Shown: positions 39,619 through 52,760, numbered from the stretch's first letter. The stretch is DNA of 64,000 nt from Octopus bimaculoides (GCF_001194135.2 NC_068995.1:53751882-53815881), one strand, 5' to 3'. A program made the numbers and translations. Notes: generated by a model from the sequence alone, not told the origin.

Positions 39619-41159
39619 TACAAATACTATAAAGGATATTAAGAACAAGTGTTATCTTTAAATTGCGGTTAGTCTTATGTAGAGGCTGAGAGTTGTCTTG
39701 TCACTAAGTTTTAATATACCCGAAAGAAGAAACCTTGTTTTGGCGTTTCTGAAATCTTCAATAATGCAAGCCGGAATCTATTAATACAACGGCATGTGTT
39801 GACTGCTATTTTGTTACGCTTTTATGTGTGTATATGACAATGTATGTGTCATGTGTAGGCGTCCGTGTGTATAATACGTTCAATAATTTACCTTTGTGCA
39901 AAGTTAATGCTTTCTTGAAAATATTATGCAAATTATTAGCAATCGATTCTTTTCTCTTCTGTGCACATCACGAGTAAATACGAAAAAAAAACCCCACTGT
40001 TTAGCATATGCAAATATTCCTAAATTTGCTTGCTTTTCGATATGTTTACTGACTATACATGGACAAATTCACAAACCCATTAACATGGTTTGTTTATTTG
40101 TTATATATGACTTGCTTTAAATGTGTATAGATATCTAATGATTTCTATTGGCAACTTCCTCTCCCTAGATGATAACTTCGTCCTATTTTTATGGCTTCTA
40201 ACCTCGCAAGGTACAGATTAAAAGTGAAATTCTGAACGAAAATGTTACGTTTCTCAAATGAATAAACGCGATTTTTTTTTTTACGAATAACGAGTTATAC
40301 AAGAAAATATATGCAACAAGAAATAAAATGAATGAAGGGAAAAAATCCCCATATATTATTGTATTTATAGAACTAAAACGTTTTATAAAAATAGCCATTA
40401 TTTTGACAGTACTAAACACCATACTGGCGCAAATATGAGCAAGTCTATCTTATGGGATCTGGTATCAAAATTTCATTTGCAATTGCATTGCAATGAGAAA
40501 ATCTCAATATTTTTCTTCAGGTTTTATCTGGCAGCTGCTGTTGTTATCGGTTAACCCATATGAAAACTTGAGGCCAAGCGTGTTCTAATCTTGTAAATCC
40601 AGTCCTTTTAAGAACATCTGGGGGCAATATTATTAAAACAGCTCTTTTAAAATATTATCTAAATGTAGTTTAAAGGGCATTTTGTGGAAAGGAGAAGAAA
40701 CACATATAGATTCTCTTAGTTAATTAGTTCGATTAATTACTAATTTAGAGCACACATTTCATGCTGTCATACTGATGCATTACCATATAATTTGTTTAAT
40801 GTCGGTATCGAGTATCTAAGACTCCATTTTCCAATGAAACCTGTTTCAATTACGCTGCAGAGTGTACGTTTATAAAGACTTGGTTGCAATTACGGCAGAA
40901 ATATCATATAGGTTTAGTAATTGCCTTCTGTTGTGTCGTGATTCAAATCCAGATCAATTTGTAGGGGCACCGTCATGACACACGGTATTTCTTAGGGATG
41001 TACACCTGGTGTAGCGCATCCCTTTCACAGTCGATTTCATTCAGAAAGAGAAAAGAGGGGTTAAATGTGATCAGAAGCCAAATAATTTTTCGGTCATTAT
41101 TTTGTATCATATTTGGCATAGTTCTGATCCCTGCGTCGTGAGAAGATAATTTTTCTTAA

Positions 41160-41260
41160 TTAATTTTGTTCAAGAACACAATGCACTATCTGATCCAGAA
41201 ATCGAAAACACAACCTTACGATCATGCGTATGACACCATAACCGCTGAGTATCGCTCCTC
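41160..41260 (-). mobile_element. Degenerate F3-type SINE head
   Basis: CAAGAACACAATGC...GAAATCGAAAACACAACCTTACGATC...CCATAACCGCTGAG is the reverse complement of a tRNA-like head. Confidence 0.4.
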
Positions 41261-41746
41261 TACACACACACACACACGCGCACGCGTGCGCGGGTTTATT
41301 TACTATTCATTACATTCACTGCATTTCACATTTTAAACTCCGTTAGTTATGAGAATAAGAGATTACGTTATTATAGGAATTAACATTGTCTCTTTGTATA
41401 AGTTCGGATCTCAAATGCCTTAGTTACACAAAAGACAAGTTAGATAATAAAATTAAGGTTGATAGAATATGAGTCATACTCAATGTACTGAAGACATTAA
41501 CTTCCTTTCTATAAGCTGAGATCACATGTACCAATTTTACGATCTAGTAGACTACAAATAAAGATCGCTCTCAATGGGGTGTCTATGGCAAGTCGATATT
41601 TCTTTTTAGAATATGGCTATGTTTTACAATTATGCAATTATTCTAATACATTCTTGTATTTTTTCAATGGCAAGCTCTTGGAGAAATAGAAGAATGAGTT
41701 GAAATAAACGTGCATACGAAAGGCGCCGTTCTTCTAGTAAAAGTAT

Positions 41747-41783
<37 letters not shown>

Positions 41784-42174
41784 GGTATCGGTCTGTCTAT
41801 CTAACTCACTGTATGTCTGTCTGTATGCCAGCTTGCCTGTCTATCTGTCTCTCTGTATCTCTTTCTCTCTCTCTCTTCTCATATATANNNNNNNNNNNNN
41901 NNNNNNNNNNNNNNNNNNNNNNNNNNNNNNNNNNNNNNNNNNNNNNNNNNNNNNNNNNNNNNNNNNNNNNNNNNNNNNNNNNNNNNNNNNNNNNNNNNNN
42001 NNNNNNNNNNNNNNNNNNNNNNNNNNNNNNNNNNNNNNNNNNNNNNNNNNNNNNNNNNNNNNNNNNNNNNNNNNNNNNNNNNNNNNNNNNNNNNNNNNNN
42101 ATATATATATATATATATATATATACACATTCATATATGTAACATACACGCACAAATATGTAATATACACGCGC

Positions 42175-42270
42175 ACAAATATACGATGGGCTTCTTTCTG
42201 CTGCCGTCAACGAAATCGACTCACAAAGCATTGGCGGGACCATCGCTAGAGTAGAAGACACCTACTCGAG
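42175..42270 (-). mobile_element. F2 SINE middle fragment
   Basis: ATACGATGGGCTTCTTTC...ACTCACAAAGCATTGG...GTAGAAGACAC aligns by eye with 17965-18045. Confidence 0.6.
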
Positions 42271-42579
42271 TAGTTACTTTACTCTGATATGATTTTGAAA
42301 TTTGTGTTCTCAGATGTTTTATCTCAGTGCAAAACAAGAAAGCAATATTTTATTGCTCACTGTCGTTTTATTTTCCAGCCGCAGTTTAGTCTTGGTGTTG
42401 ATGAAATGATAATCACGATGATTAACATCCAAATACCAAAGCTTTTAATTTGCACAAGGAGACCCTGTGAAACCTCTGACAACAGGTTTCTTTCCGCACA
42501 CACGGAATCAACCAGAGCAAGGAACTCCGAGAGCTCTGAGAAGTCAAATATTCATAAAGTGTTCCTGCTGTAGATACAA

Positions 42580-42730
42580 GAGCAGAAGATTGAAGGAGGG
42601 AATGAGCCGATATTACATTGATCCAATTGCTCGATTGGTACTTTATTTTATGGACCACTAAAAGATGAACTGCAGAGTTGACCCCGACCTGATTTCCACT
42701 CAAAACAAACCCGGTGAAGCATTACCGACA
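42580..42730 (-). mobile_element. Degenerate F1-like SINE
   Basis: GGTACTTTATTTTATGGACC..AAAGATGAA...AGTTGACC corresponds to the F1 central module. Confidence 0.45.
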
Positions 42731-43847
42731 CTCTATTCTACCTGCTTAGTAACAGCTAGCGGCATATCCAATTATTAAGTACTTTTTTTTTTTTATTATT
42801 TAAAAGGTTTGAATTAAATTTCAATGCAGCATTAACATAAATTTAATCTACTAAAATATATTTTAAATAAGTTTGTTTGAAACGGTGTAAATTTAATTGA
42901 AATACCTTCTGCCATATTGTAACTTATACTTCCTGGAATACAACTATGTGGTTTATAAGTAGAGTAAATAAGACAGCCGTATCTTCTATTACGCTAATAT
43001 CGATCGAGTCTAGACAGCAATTTCAATAGCAACAGGGGAACTGCTCTGTTCATTGACAGAGAAAAGACGAAAAGTATTGTTTTTCGATTGATAATATCAT
43101 ATTTTAGACAACTACCATTAATGTTTACTATCGACTTAATACAAAAAGAAAGAACTAGAAACCTATCATAACTCTAGTATATGAACGACCATATAAAGTG
43201 TACAGTATTATGTTGCCTCTGGAAATTATTAAAATCATAATTGTTTCAGAAAAGTCAGGCTTGTCTTAAGACATTTATTAGTAAGGAAAATGAGGTGTAA
43301 ATTTAGATTTATAAAATTGTATTAAATAGAGTGAGGTGAAGTTCTCTTCTAGAGTTAGAATGTTGTTAGAGAATAGAAAAGATGAAATAATTGTAAGCTA
43401 ATCCCATTGCGTTGTGGCTTGGATAGTTTAGATACGTATAAATAGAGAGAAAGATATTGTTCAAGATGGAAATATATTTAGATAGGTTGGCCGGGTGGGG
43501 GTGAGTACGAAAGAATAAAGTTTGATGAGGATAGGGAATTGAGCACAATAGAATAACTCCATAACATGAACCTTGATTGAATTAGTGTCTCCTCCACTTC
43601 TTCTCCCCCTCACTTTCTCCCACACATGCACATACACATATATATGTATATATGGATGTTGTTGATACACATTTTTTCTACTTTTACCAATCTATTTCAT
43701 CGAACATCGATTCCATTGTACTCCTTGCTCACTCGCCAGAGCACACACTGACTCTCTCTATCTCTGCAACTATATAACTGTATTTATTTATATCTCTCTC
43801 TCCCCTCTGTCTCTGTCGCACACTGACATAGATAGATATGTACAGAG

Positions 43848-43890
<43 letters not shown>

Positions 43891-44793
43891 GGGAGAGAGA
43901 GAGAGAAAGAGAGACAGGGAGAGAGAAATATGGAGAGAAATACATATAAACATACGGATATGTACCACATTTATTAGTCATTCACAAACATACATATTCT
44001 CTACGCATGCAAATATACATACAAATATCCTCATATCCACATATTCATATATAACTGTACATGTTTACGCTTGTTTGTGTGTGTGTGTGTGTATGTGTGC
44101 GTTTGCGTTTGCAAGGTACCACGAATGACAAGAAGATCTCGATTTATACTTATTTCCCTTAGTACGGTGAAATGATAGAAAATTGCTTAAAATACAGTAT
44201 GGAATAAAAAAAAAACAACTTAGGTTATTGTATAAGGCGGGGGTTTATACTTTATACAATACTTATCATATAGCCAGTACAAGAATAACAGCCACAACAT
44301 CACACAACCAACATCTTAGCCATAGTCAAACCAGAACCAAGAATTGGCCACCAGGAAACTTCTCTATGGCTCAAAGCGCGAAGCAGTCTTCCAACTGCAA
44401 TAAATAAAAAGAAATGGCTATATAAATAAAACCATAACCTTTGTAATGGACAGCAGTTAACCCACAGAGTATGGAAATATTTTTATGAAAGCCATTCATC
44501 CAGTGACGGATAGCAATATCATTCTAGTATACTTTATAAAGAAGCTGAAAGTAATGGGAATCGCAGAGTGAGTTGGGAAAATGAAAATACATTATCGCAG
44601 TGAGGAAGTGTGGAAACTGTCCAAACTTAAAAAGTCTTTCAAGTTATTGGTTCACAAAACATTTAAAAGAAATTTATAAGCGCTTACAACAAATAGCAAT
44701 CGAACAATAAGCGACAAATTCCGAGTGCAACACGCACTCAATAACGTCGTTTAGATATTGTCGTTTAATTCCATCATCATCATCATCTTCATC

Positions 44794-44863
<70 letters not shown>

Positions 44864-45194
44864 TCGTCATCGTTATTATCGCTATCATCGTCGTNNNNNN
44901 NNNNNNNNNNNNNNNNNNNNNNNNNNNNNNNNNNNNNNNNNNNNNNNNNNNNNNNNNNNNNNNNNNNNNNNNNNNNNNNNNNNNNNNNNNNNNNNNNNNN
45001 NNNNNNNNNNNNNNNNNNNNNNNNNNNNNNNNNNNNNNNNNNNNNNNNNNNNNNNNNNNNNNNNNNNNNNNNNNNNNNNNNNNNNNNNNNNNNNNNNNNN
45101 NNNNNNNNNNNNNNNNNNNNNNNNNNNNNNNNNNNNNNNNNNNNNNNNNNNNNNNNNNNNNNNNNNNNNNNNNNNNNNNNAAAAAATGAATGTA

Positions 45195-45275
45195 ATGGTA
45201 TCGATTTGTTCGATTAAAACACTTCAAGGGTTGCCCCGGCATGAGTGCAGTCCAAAAACTGAAAGAAACGAAAGA
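45195..45275 (+). mobile_element. F2 SINE 3' end (5' part lost in the gap)
   Basis: TCGATTTGTTCGATTAAAACACTTCAAGGGTTGCCCCGGCATGAGTGCAGTCC...CTGAAAGAAAC; compare 60095-60168. Confidence 0.6.
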
Positions 45276-45307
45276 ACCCCCTCCCCTACACACAAAAAAT
45301 AAAAGAA

Positions 45308-45527
45308 TAATCCTTTTTTACTAAAGTCACAAGGTGTGAAATTTCGGGGAGAGGAGACTAGTCGGTTATATTCACCCCAGTGTTTCACTAGTAATTAATT
45401 CATCGACCCCGAAAGGATTAAAGGCAAAGTTGACCTCGGCGGAATTTGAGACCAGAACAAATAGAGAGGCGAAATACCGCCAAGCATTTCGCCCAACGTG
45501 CTGACGATTCTGCGGGGTCATTGCCCT
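45308..45527 (-). mobile_element. F1 SINE, near full length
   Basis: CATCGACCCCGAAAGGATTAAAGGCAAAGTTGACCTCGGCGGAATTTGA...AAGCATTTCGCCCAACGTGCTGACGATTCTGC. Confidence 0.9.
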
Positions 45528-45599
45528 TAACTGAAAGCAATACTGATCTCTGTTTCCACTCTGTATAATAGTGAAACATATATAACATATTTGCGATAT

Positions 45600-46060
45600 A
45601 TTTGTTTTGCTATTATTGTTTCTTGATGGGGGGAATATCTATTATTTTCTCCAAATGATTTTCTCAATCTATCTTTTGCTTTCTGTTTTGCATTTGCTGT
45701 TTTCTGATTGCATATATATTTCAGCTATATTATCTTTGCTTCTCAAGTTATTGACTGTCCTTCGATGGTAATATTTATTTTGTCTTGCTGATTACCAGTG
45801 ATTTTGTTTTCTTTTGTATTTCCCTTGCATACCATAGACCCATGCCTTGCCATTTATTACGTTTACAATATTGTATAGGTGAACTCTGTTAAAAGTTGAT
45901 TATGCAGTATAGTCCACATACCTCAGTTTGTTTTTATTGATACCTCTTATTGACACCCCTGGCGTGAGTTCAATTTGTATGAGATTCTGCTCACTGACAA
46001 ATTAAATGTGCTGCCGGCAGTAACAATGCTTCAATTTTCAATGCTTATCGGAGCTCTTAC
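45600..46060 (-). mobile_element. RTE-clade reverse transcriptase remnant
   Basis: Minus frame PGVSIRGINKNKLRYVDYTA matches PGI.I.G..INNLRYADDT (catalytic motif decayed); downstream KTKSLVISK and NITIEGQSI resemble the following RT block. Confidence 0.72.
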
Positions 46061-46455
46061 TATCAGTCTTTTTGTTATTATTTGAAGATTTCTAACACAT
46101 AAATAGTTTCGATGTTCCGATAGATATTCGATTAAAAACAAATTGTGTCATATGCATTGATCTATATACTGCCACACATGGAATCGAAGTTTTCAAACAA
46201 AAATTCAAATCTCCAAATGGTACGTCTGCTTAAAACGAAGACAACTTTGGGGGACCATGTATTCCATGTAAGATGCAACAGGATTTGGAACGATAATGAC
46301 AATGGCTGAATATTTGCATCCAATTTTGTGCCAGAAATTAAAAAAAAAACGGTATGTAAATGCTTCACTTTTCTATATTATTTAAAGGGTTTCTTCTATA
46401 GTCCTACAAAATGGATAGATTAAAACTATAAAATCTGTAGGGTGCGCGTTTTTGT

Positions 46456-46575
46456 GGTCATCTAGTTTAACACAACTACCTATTAATTGAAAGCTGGTCA
46501 TCTAGATTAACACAACCATCTGGTATTTGAAAGGTGGTATTTAGCGGGATGCAATTTGAAAGGTGGTATGTAGCT
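46456..46575. repeat. Degenerate ~40-bp minisatellite
   Basis: GGTCA/GGTAT-initiated units start at 46456, 46496, 46536 and 46565; the first three end TTGAAAG(C/G)T. Confidence 0.8.
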
Positions 46576-47745
46576 AAGTTTAGGAGTGGAAGCTACTCAG
46601 TAATGGAGGTTCTGAGAAGGTCCTAGGTGCTGTTCATCCTGTCTCTAAACTTGTAAAACAAAACACAAGAGTGCCACTTGTTCCTTTCTTATTCCTTCTC
46701 TCCCTACTAAAAGCAACTCTGCTTTTTCTCAATAACCATCCTTTCTAGCATCTTATCTTCTAACAACTCTTATCTCCTATTATCTTCTTTAGTTTGATTC
46801 TGCTCTAGCCTGATAGAATTTCTCAAACTATCGCCCAATGGATATATAGACATTATGTTATCATTCTGAAGTCTTTACTATCAATCACTGCTTTCTGAAA
46901 ATTGAAAACAAAGCATTGATATTATTAAACTTATCCAAATGCATTTATCTTCCAGTTTAGTACTTCTCGTGATGTATTTGGCAGTGACGGATATATACAT
47001 TTAATATTTAAACAAAATTAATCAAGCATGTTGAAATAATACACGCATGCAGATACAGACAAGAGAATAACAACAATAAGCAAAAGCGTTCATATGTAAC
47101 ACTGAAAGTAAAACCAAAGCAACGCTTCTTCGATTGTTATTTCACTGACATGATTCAGAGTAAAGTTACTTAGTCTACTTAATTATAATCACACATTTAT
47201 ATATAAATGATTGATTCAGTAGAAGACATATACTGACAAAAGTATTTGCCCTGAGTTATTTTATACATTGGAGCGATGATGATTCATTTTCAGATGTCTA
47301 CAGACTCCAGGGTATTAGAAGGAGGTCAATGCTAGCTATTTATTTGCAAATATTTTAATAAACGATTGAAAACAAAATACCTGCAACAATCATACGATTA
47401 ATCATTTTCAAGACAAAAACAAAGAATATTACAAACAAAAGAAAAAAAGAATATATTGGCACTCTGAATTATATTTAAGAAGTCATGTGAGGAATGCCAC
47501 AAGAAAGAACCATCGATCACATTTCTATATATGTGAAAACTCGTTTTTGTTGCTAATCCCGATATGAGGTTTGTTTCCATGCGAATGTTTTTCTTATACA
47601 CGAAATCACTTTTGAGACGTTAATATCCAGTTACACACTGCCTCCTTCTAACGCTTACACACACACACACACATACGCACGCATTCTTACACATGCAGAG
47701 ACACACACATATGAATATGCACATATGTCTCAATATATATGCGTT

Positions 47746-47791
<46 letters not shown>

Positions 47792-47832
47792 TATATACAT
47801 ATGTATATATATATATATAGATATATATTCAT

Positions 47833-47876
<44 letters not shown>

Positions 47877-47930
47877 GATGAAATTATGGAATGAAGTTCC
47901 ATATATCCCATCAATTTTGCTAAAAATGAG

Positions 47931-47954
47931 GATATTTAACCATGGTTAAATATC
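47931..47954. repeat. Perfect 24-bp palindrome
   Basis: GATATTTAACCATGGTTAAATATC equals its own reverse complement. Confidence 0.98.
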
Positions 47955-48333
47955 GGACATGACTCCCAACTATTTCTCACACGGATACCAATATGACTCT
48001 CCTAGACCCAATTTTTTTCCTGACATATTCCTTTTTAAGTTCCTTCTATTGCAGTTTCCTTCCTTCCTGCACTGAAGGATTGTAGCTTAACTCTTGGTTT
48101 ATAACGCAGATCTTTATTTCCAGAAAATACTGAAGATCAATGTGTGTAATTTCACTAAGCATTTAGAAATTTCATTCGTTCTACCCTTTCGTCTCAATTT
48201 TATTGTGTTCGGGCCAAATACGACAGTTTGCATATGAGAAAAAGAAAGTACAATATCCCTTACATAATAAAGATATAAGAGTTTGCTCAAAGTAGTCGCC
48301 CTCATCTTCCACCACAACTGTGAGATTAAAACT

Positions 48334-48397
48334 GGTGGCCAGAAATGGCCAAGTTATTATGGTGGCCAGAAATGGCCAGAAATAGCTAAGTTATTTT
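48334..48397. repeat. Short nested tandem repeat (GGTGGCCAGAAATGGCCA x2)
   Basis: Direct reading; 27-bp period with an internal GGCCAGAAAT expansion. Confidence 0.9.
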
Positions 48398-48797
48398 GTA
48401 CCGCAGAAAGAACACTGTGATTTAACTAGAGAACTCGGGGGTATATTCTCACAATACGATATCTATGTTTATTATATATGTATTTCATGCACGCTTATCA
48501 ATATATTTGTAATCGACTTCAGGTCAGGTATTTTCAAATTTTAGGGCAAAGAAACAAACACATGTAAAAACACATCCTTGCAAAACGAGAATGATACAAA
48601 ACGATGTAAGTTTGCACGGATGAAAATTTGCTCATATTCAAAAATATTCAGAAGTGTATTGACTATCGTTATGTTACAGCAGAAATCTTTACGAAAAGTC
48701 AACATTTCGATAAGTATTATTGACAAGGGGTTGTGAAATCTTTCCAAGAATCTACCTTAGAAAAAACTATGAGCTCCTCGTTAACTTTATTAACTTT

Positions 48798-48868
<71 letters not shown>

Positions 48869-49267
48869 CTATATATATATATATATATACCTCTGATATC
48901 TCACTATACCAAAAATCAATATATTGATTGATACCCTAATAAACCGAACTCATTAATTTTTGTTAATTATCTTATATATTATCAGCTAATGCAATGGAAA
49001 TAACATACATGCTACAAAATATATATGGTATATAGTGCCACATGTTGAAACATTATAAAGATAAATTACCGCATCGTGTATGTTACTGATTTTTCCTCAT
49101 ATTTTACTCGTTTGTTTCCCAGAAAGCTTAAGTATGGCGCTATGCGTCTTGATATATCATCGATATCGTGCTTATAGCTTCACCTTGTTATATGTCCTGA
49201 GAAATCTAATCTTAATCGTGCAAGCCTTTATAATCCAAATCTATGCGTTTGGGGCGAAATAACGACT

Positions 49268-49429
49268 AGGGTGGCTACTCTCACCCAGCAATGGGCCGAG
49301 AGGAAGCTATCCCTAAAAGGTCGGGTGGAGGTGCCGAACGCGTACATCGCATCCGTCATCGAATGTCATCTGACCGTCGTGCCTTGTCCCGACCCTACCA
49401 TCACCAAACTGGAACGCATACTCTTCCGC
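49268..49429 (+). mobile_element. Tx1/L1-clade LINE ORF2 fragment (post-RT region)
   Basis: QQWAERKLSLKGRVEVPNAYIASVIECHLTVVPCPDPTITKLERILFR matches W..R.LSL.GR..V.N..I.S.....LTV.P.P.....L.R.LF.F; visibly GC-richer than flanks; no stops. Confidence 0.82.
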
Positions 49430-49640
49430 ATCACAGAAAAAATCGCAAAGAAAAACAATTATTTACAGGACACTCAACCTAAAAACAAGGCTATACGAAA
49501 GGGCCATTAAAGAAAATGTAGAAAAAATATTTAAGGCCCATACGGGCATTTAAAGACTGCATCACAAGAGGAACAGATTTTCCACGATCGAAGTTCGATT
49601 TGAGAGTGAAGAAAGAGCCAAGGACCTCTCCACAAAGTTG
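49430..49640 (+). mobile_element. Putative LINE ORF1-like fragment
   Basis: A-rich; KTIIYRTLNLKTRLYERAIKENVEKIFK...RFSTIEVRFESEERAKDLSTK with one stop; IEVRFESEERA resembles an RRM beta3-alpha2 segment. Confidence 0.35.
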
Positions 49641-49900
49641 GTACTTAATTGTATTATAGTTGTTTATATATCTCAGTCTTACACAATATAATACAAGATC
49701 ATAGAATTTGAGCCTGGAATCTAAATCCGTTTGTGTCAGTTGACCGTTAGAATCTCTTCCTCAAACTACAGGGATTGTCTTTATGTATCATATGTTACAA
49801 TAAGTATATCAGTGTAGATATGTGAAATTCTGGTTGTAGCATCCAGGCCTCCTGGTATTTATCTACGTTAGTTAATAAGCATACTGAAGCTAGGCCATTG

Positions 49901-49932
<32 letters not shown>

Positions 49933-52499
49933 ACTGTACTTTGAGTTTTGCAATTATATTCATAGTCTTCTACAAGTTATGGGAGCGTGTATAAAATACT
50001 TAATTGTGAGGCGTTAAATACATTTAAAAATGACCAACCTATAAACATCAGTTTTAAGTTTCAGTCGTATTAGTGTTATGGAACTGAAAATAAATCACAA
50101 TAGTGAAGTAAGTTGTTTCAGCATCAATAGATTTCATTTTTATAGTCCTTGAAAAATATCTTGTACGCATTGACTGCAATTTATTCTCTCGGGCGTTAGC
50201 GTGTCAGCGACACCATAGTAGATTTAAGAATGCTCGATTTCAGACATTATAATGAATGCTATTTGTTATATGTTGCTGTTATATGTTCACCTCAAGTACG
50301 CCAAGTTAGATGGAAATCTCTATAATTATTCTCCCTCTTCTAAATTATCTATAGCACTTTTTTTCTTTTTTTCGTGATTTGGTTTTTGTCATGGAAATAA
50401 TATATGAATAGAATCTGCAAACCACTTTGGAAATAGTACTTCCTTTGAATGTCGTTTTCATAAATATTAATTATCCTGTTCACATTACTTCCTTAATTTA
50501 AGCTTTTGACTTGCTTTCGTGACAAATGAGACAATACCGGCCATTGTAATGTAGCAATTCAGAGACACATTTTTGATCTGAAATATTTCCAATTGACTCT
50601 GGCATCGAAAGTACATTATAACATTCTTGGACATACATTGTCCATCTCTTTTTCCACTGCCCAACGGCATTTACAATATATCACTAAGCATAGTTAAAAT
50701 GAAAGTTATTGCCTTCTGATTAGAATACAATGGCGGTTTGTGCAATTTTCCTAGAGCTAATGGACATCGTAGAAATAAGAGCATATCAACTCTAAATGAT
50801 TTTTTCTATTTCGAACTAAAAGTCGAACTGTTGGTGCAAAGAGGAAACCTGTGACGTAGTTCGCCTGATCGAATTAACAATTTTCAAATCAGAATTACTG
50901 ATCTACTTCTATATTTTGAAGATGCTATTATATTATTTATTACATTACAAACAAGTTGCACCCTTTAGAAAGTTTGTATACCCTATATACGGAAGGACAG
51001 AGAATGTATCGATAAAATTTACACAGGAGGAAACAGAGCAATAGCCAAATTCAATTATATATAAAGATAATAAAAATAGTAATGCTACTGAATGTTTAAG
51101 AAAAAGACACAAACGATATATGATTATGTGTATGATTGAAATTCTAAGTGGTTGTGTAGGAAACGCCACATTGGACATAACGTTAATATGTCGTGAAAAG
51201 TGATGCCTTTATTTCAAATACACTTTGTCACTTTGCCAAGCAGATCTATCCATTATGACGGTTCAATGTAATTTTCTATCATCGTTGCTTTTATTGTCTT
51301 TCATTTTCAACCAAATATTCCAAACTTTCTGACAACTGAGAGTCACATCAAACATATGGTTAACGACAAGTATTTTAAACTGAACATTATCGATGAGAAT
51401 GACTAATATAGTAAACCAAATGGTTAAATAATAGCGTCTCAGAATAGCTCGATGAACTATTGCCGGAAAATATGAAATAGAATCTTACGTTATTTGAAAT
51501 GCTGATTCCTTTTATTAGCTTCAGAGCATTTATGCAAATATTCTTGCTACAGATATGGATTAGTTTTGAATATTTATAATGGTGATATATTTAGTTTGAT
51601 TGAAATACAGTGTACAAATTTGTCTGTGAGTAGTATTTAGACAAAAGATGGGTCTGCTATAAACTGAAATATTTTACAAAAACGGGGAACATTTTTTAAA
51701 TATTGCACTTACTCTATGGTGTCAGGATATATAATGATAAACAGAATTTCATCAGAATGTAGTGGTGGTACTTAACATTCTCTGGTAAATGTTTAGAAAG
51801 AGATGGGGACTTTTATAAGCTGACATTTTCTACGAAAGCTGAGCGACGAGAACATGTTTCTCGTGTTGTTTTAAAGTAATAAATGTCATGACTTATAAAG
51901 AAAGGATAGTCAGATTTATTGTTGTTACTCGGTTGGAATATTTCTATTGATAACATTTATAAAGAGACGAATTTGCCACAAATTCTCATTGTCTACAAAA
52001 ATTGCGTAGAAGGACGTTATAGGAATTTGTGTGATAGGAAGTTACTGTTAGTAATTGTGTTTCAGATTTTATAATGCGAGGATACTTAATTTACCTCTAG
52101 CGTAGAATCTGCCATTCCTATCTTCATGTGAGGACATTTGAGATACATTAACATTTCCTATGAATGACATTTTCTACGAAAACAGCAACAAGACCAATTT
52201 ATCGCCGTAATGTTGTTATTCAGTTGGTTTTCCTTCTTACATTCATAGTTCCTTACTGTCGAACTTCTGTTTAATGGACACGAGCATACGCAAAATAACT
52301 AAAGTAGAACTAGAAGAGAGTTGATAAAGGAAATGCGATTTGACAAAATAATTAATTCAAGTTAATTAGAAAAATAATTTTCAAGTTTAGGAGAGAAATA
52401 AAATAAGAAACATTTATCGAATGGACACGAATATAATTGAGATTAAAAGTGAATTATCTGCAGCTCATATCCTGTAGCACCCTGAAAAGGTTCTTATTG

Positions 52500-52760
52500 G
52501 ATAATGCTATCTCTACTGGATTTCTTCATTAACATTTCAATAAGCCAGAAGATGGCCGATACCATTAAATCCATCACGACCAGCATTAGTATCTGCATGA
52601 AGATTAGTTTAATAGTTGATATGCGCTAGCCAGGTTTGCAAAGTAACGGTTACTTAGGCAGCTTAATACCCATTCGCATATTTGAGACACCCTGGTAGGT
52701 TTCCCAATTTAACTTTCACAAATTGGTGCAGTGAAATGTTATCGGAGTAAATATATTTAC
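52500..52760 (-). mobile_element. Possible CR1/L2-like RT remnant
   Basis: Minus frame EWVLSCLSNR resembles L.WI.SYL.NR; the rest is decayed. Confidence 0.3.

Noticed and set aside
28873-45293. Longest ORFs in the track (135-184 aa)
   Set aside because: They are open only because they cross N-gaps and dinucleotide or trinucleotide repeats.
46456-48397. Short repeats considered as a CRISPR-like array
   Set aside because: Units are contiguous or degenerate without unique spacers, no cas genes are present, and the context is eukaryotic.
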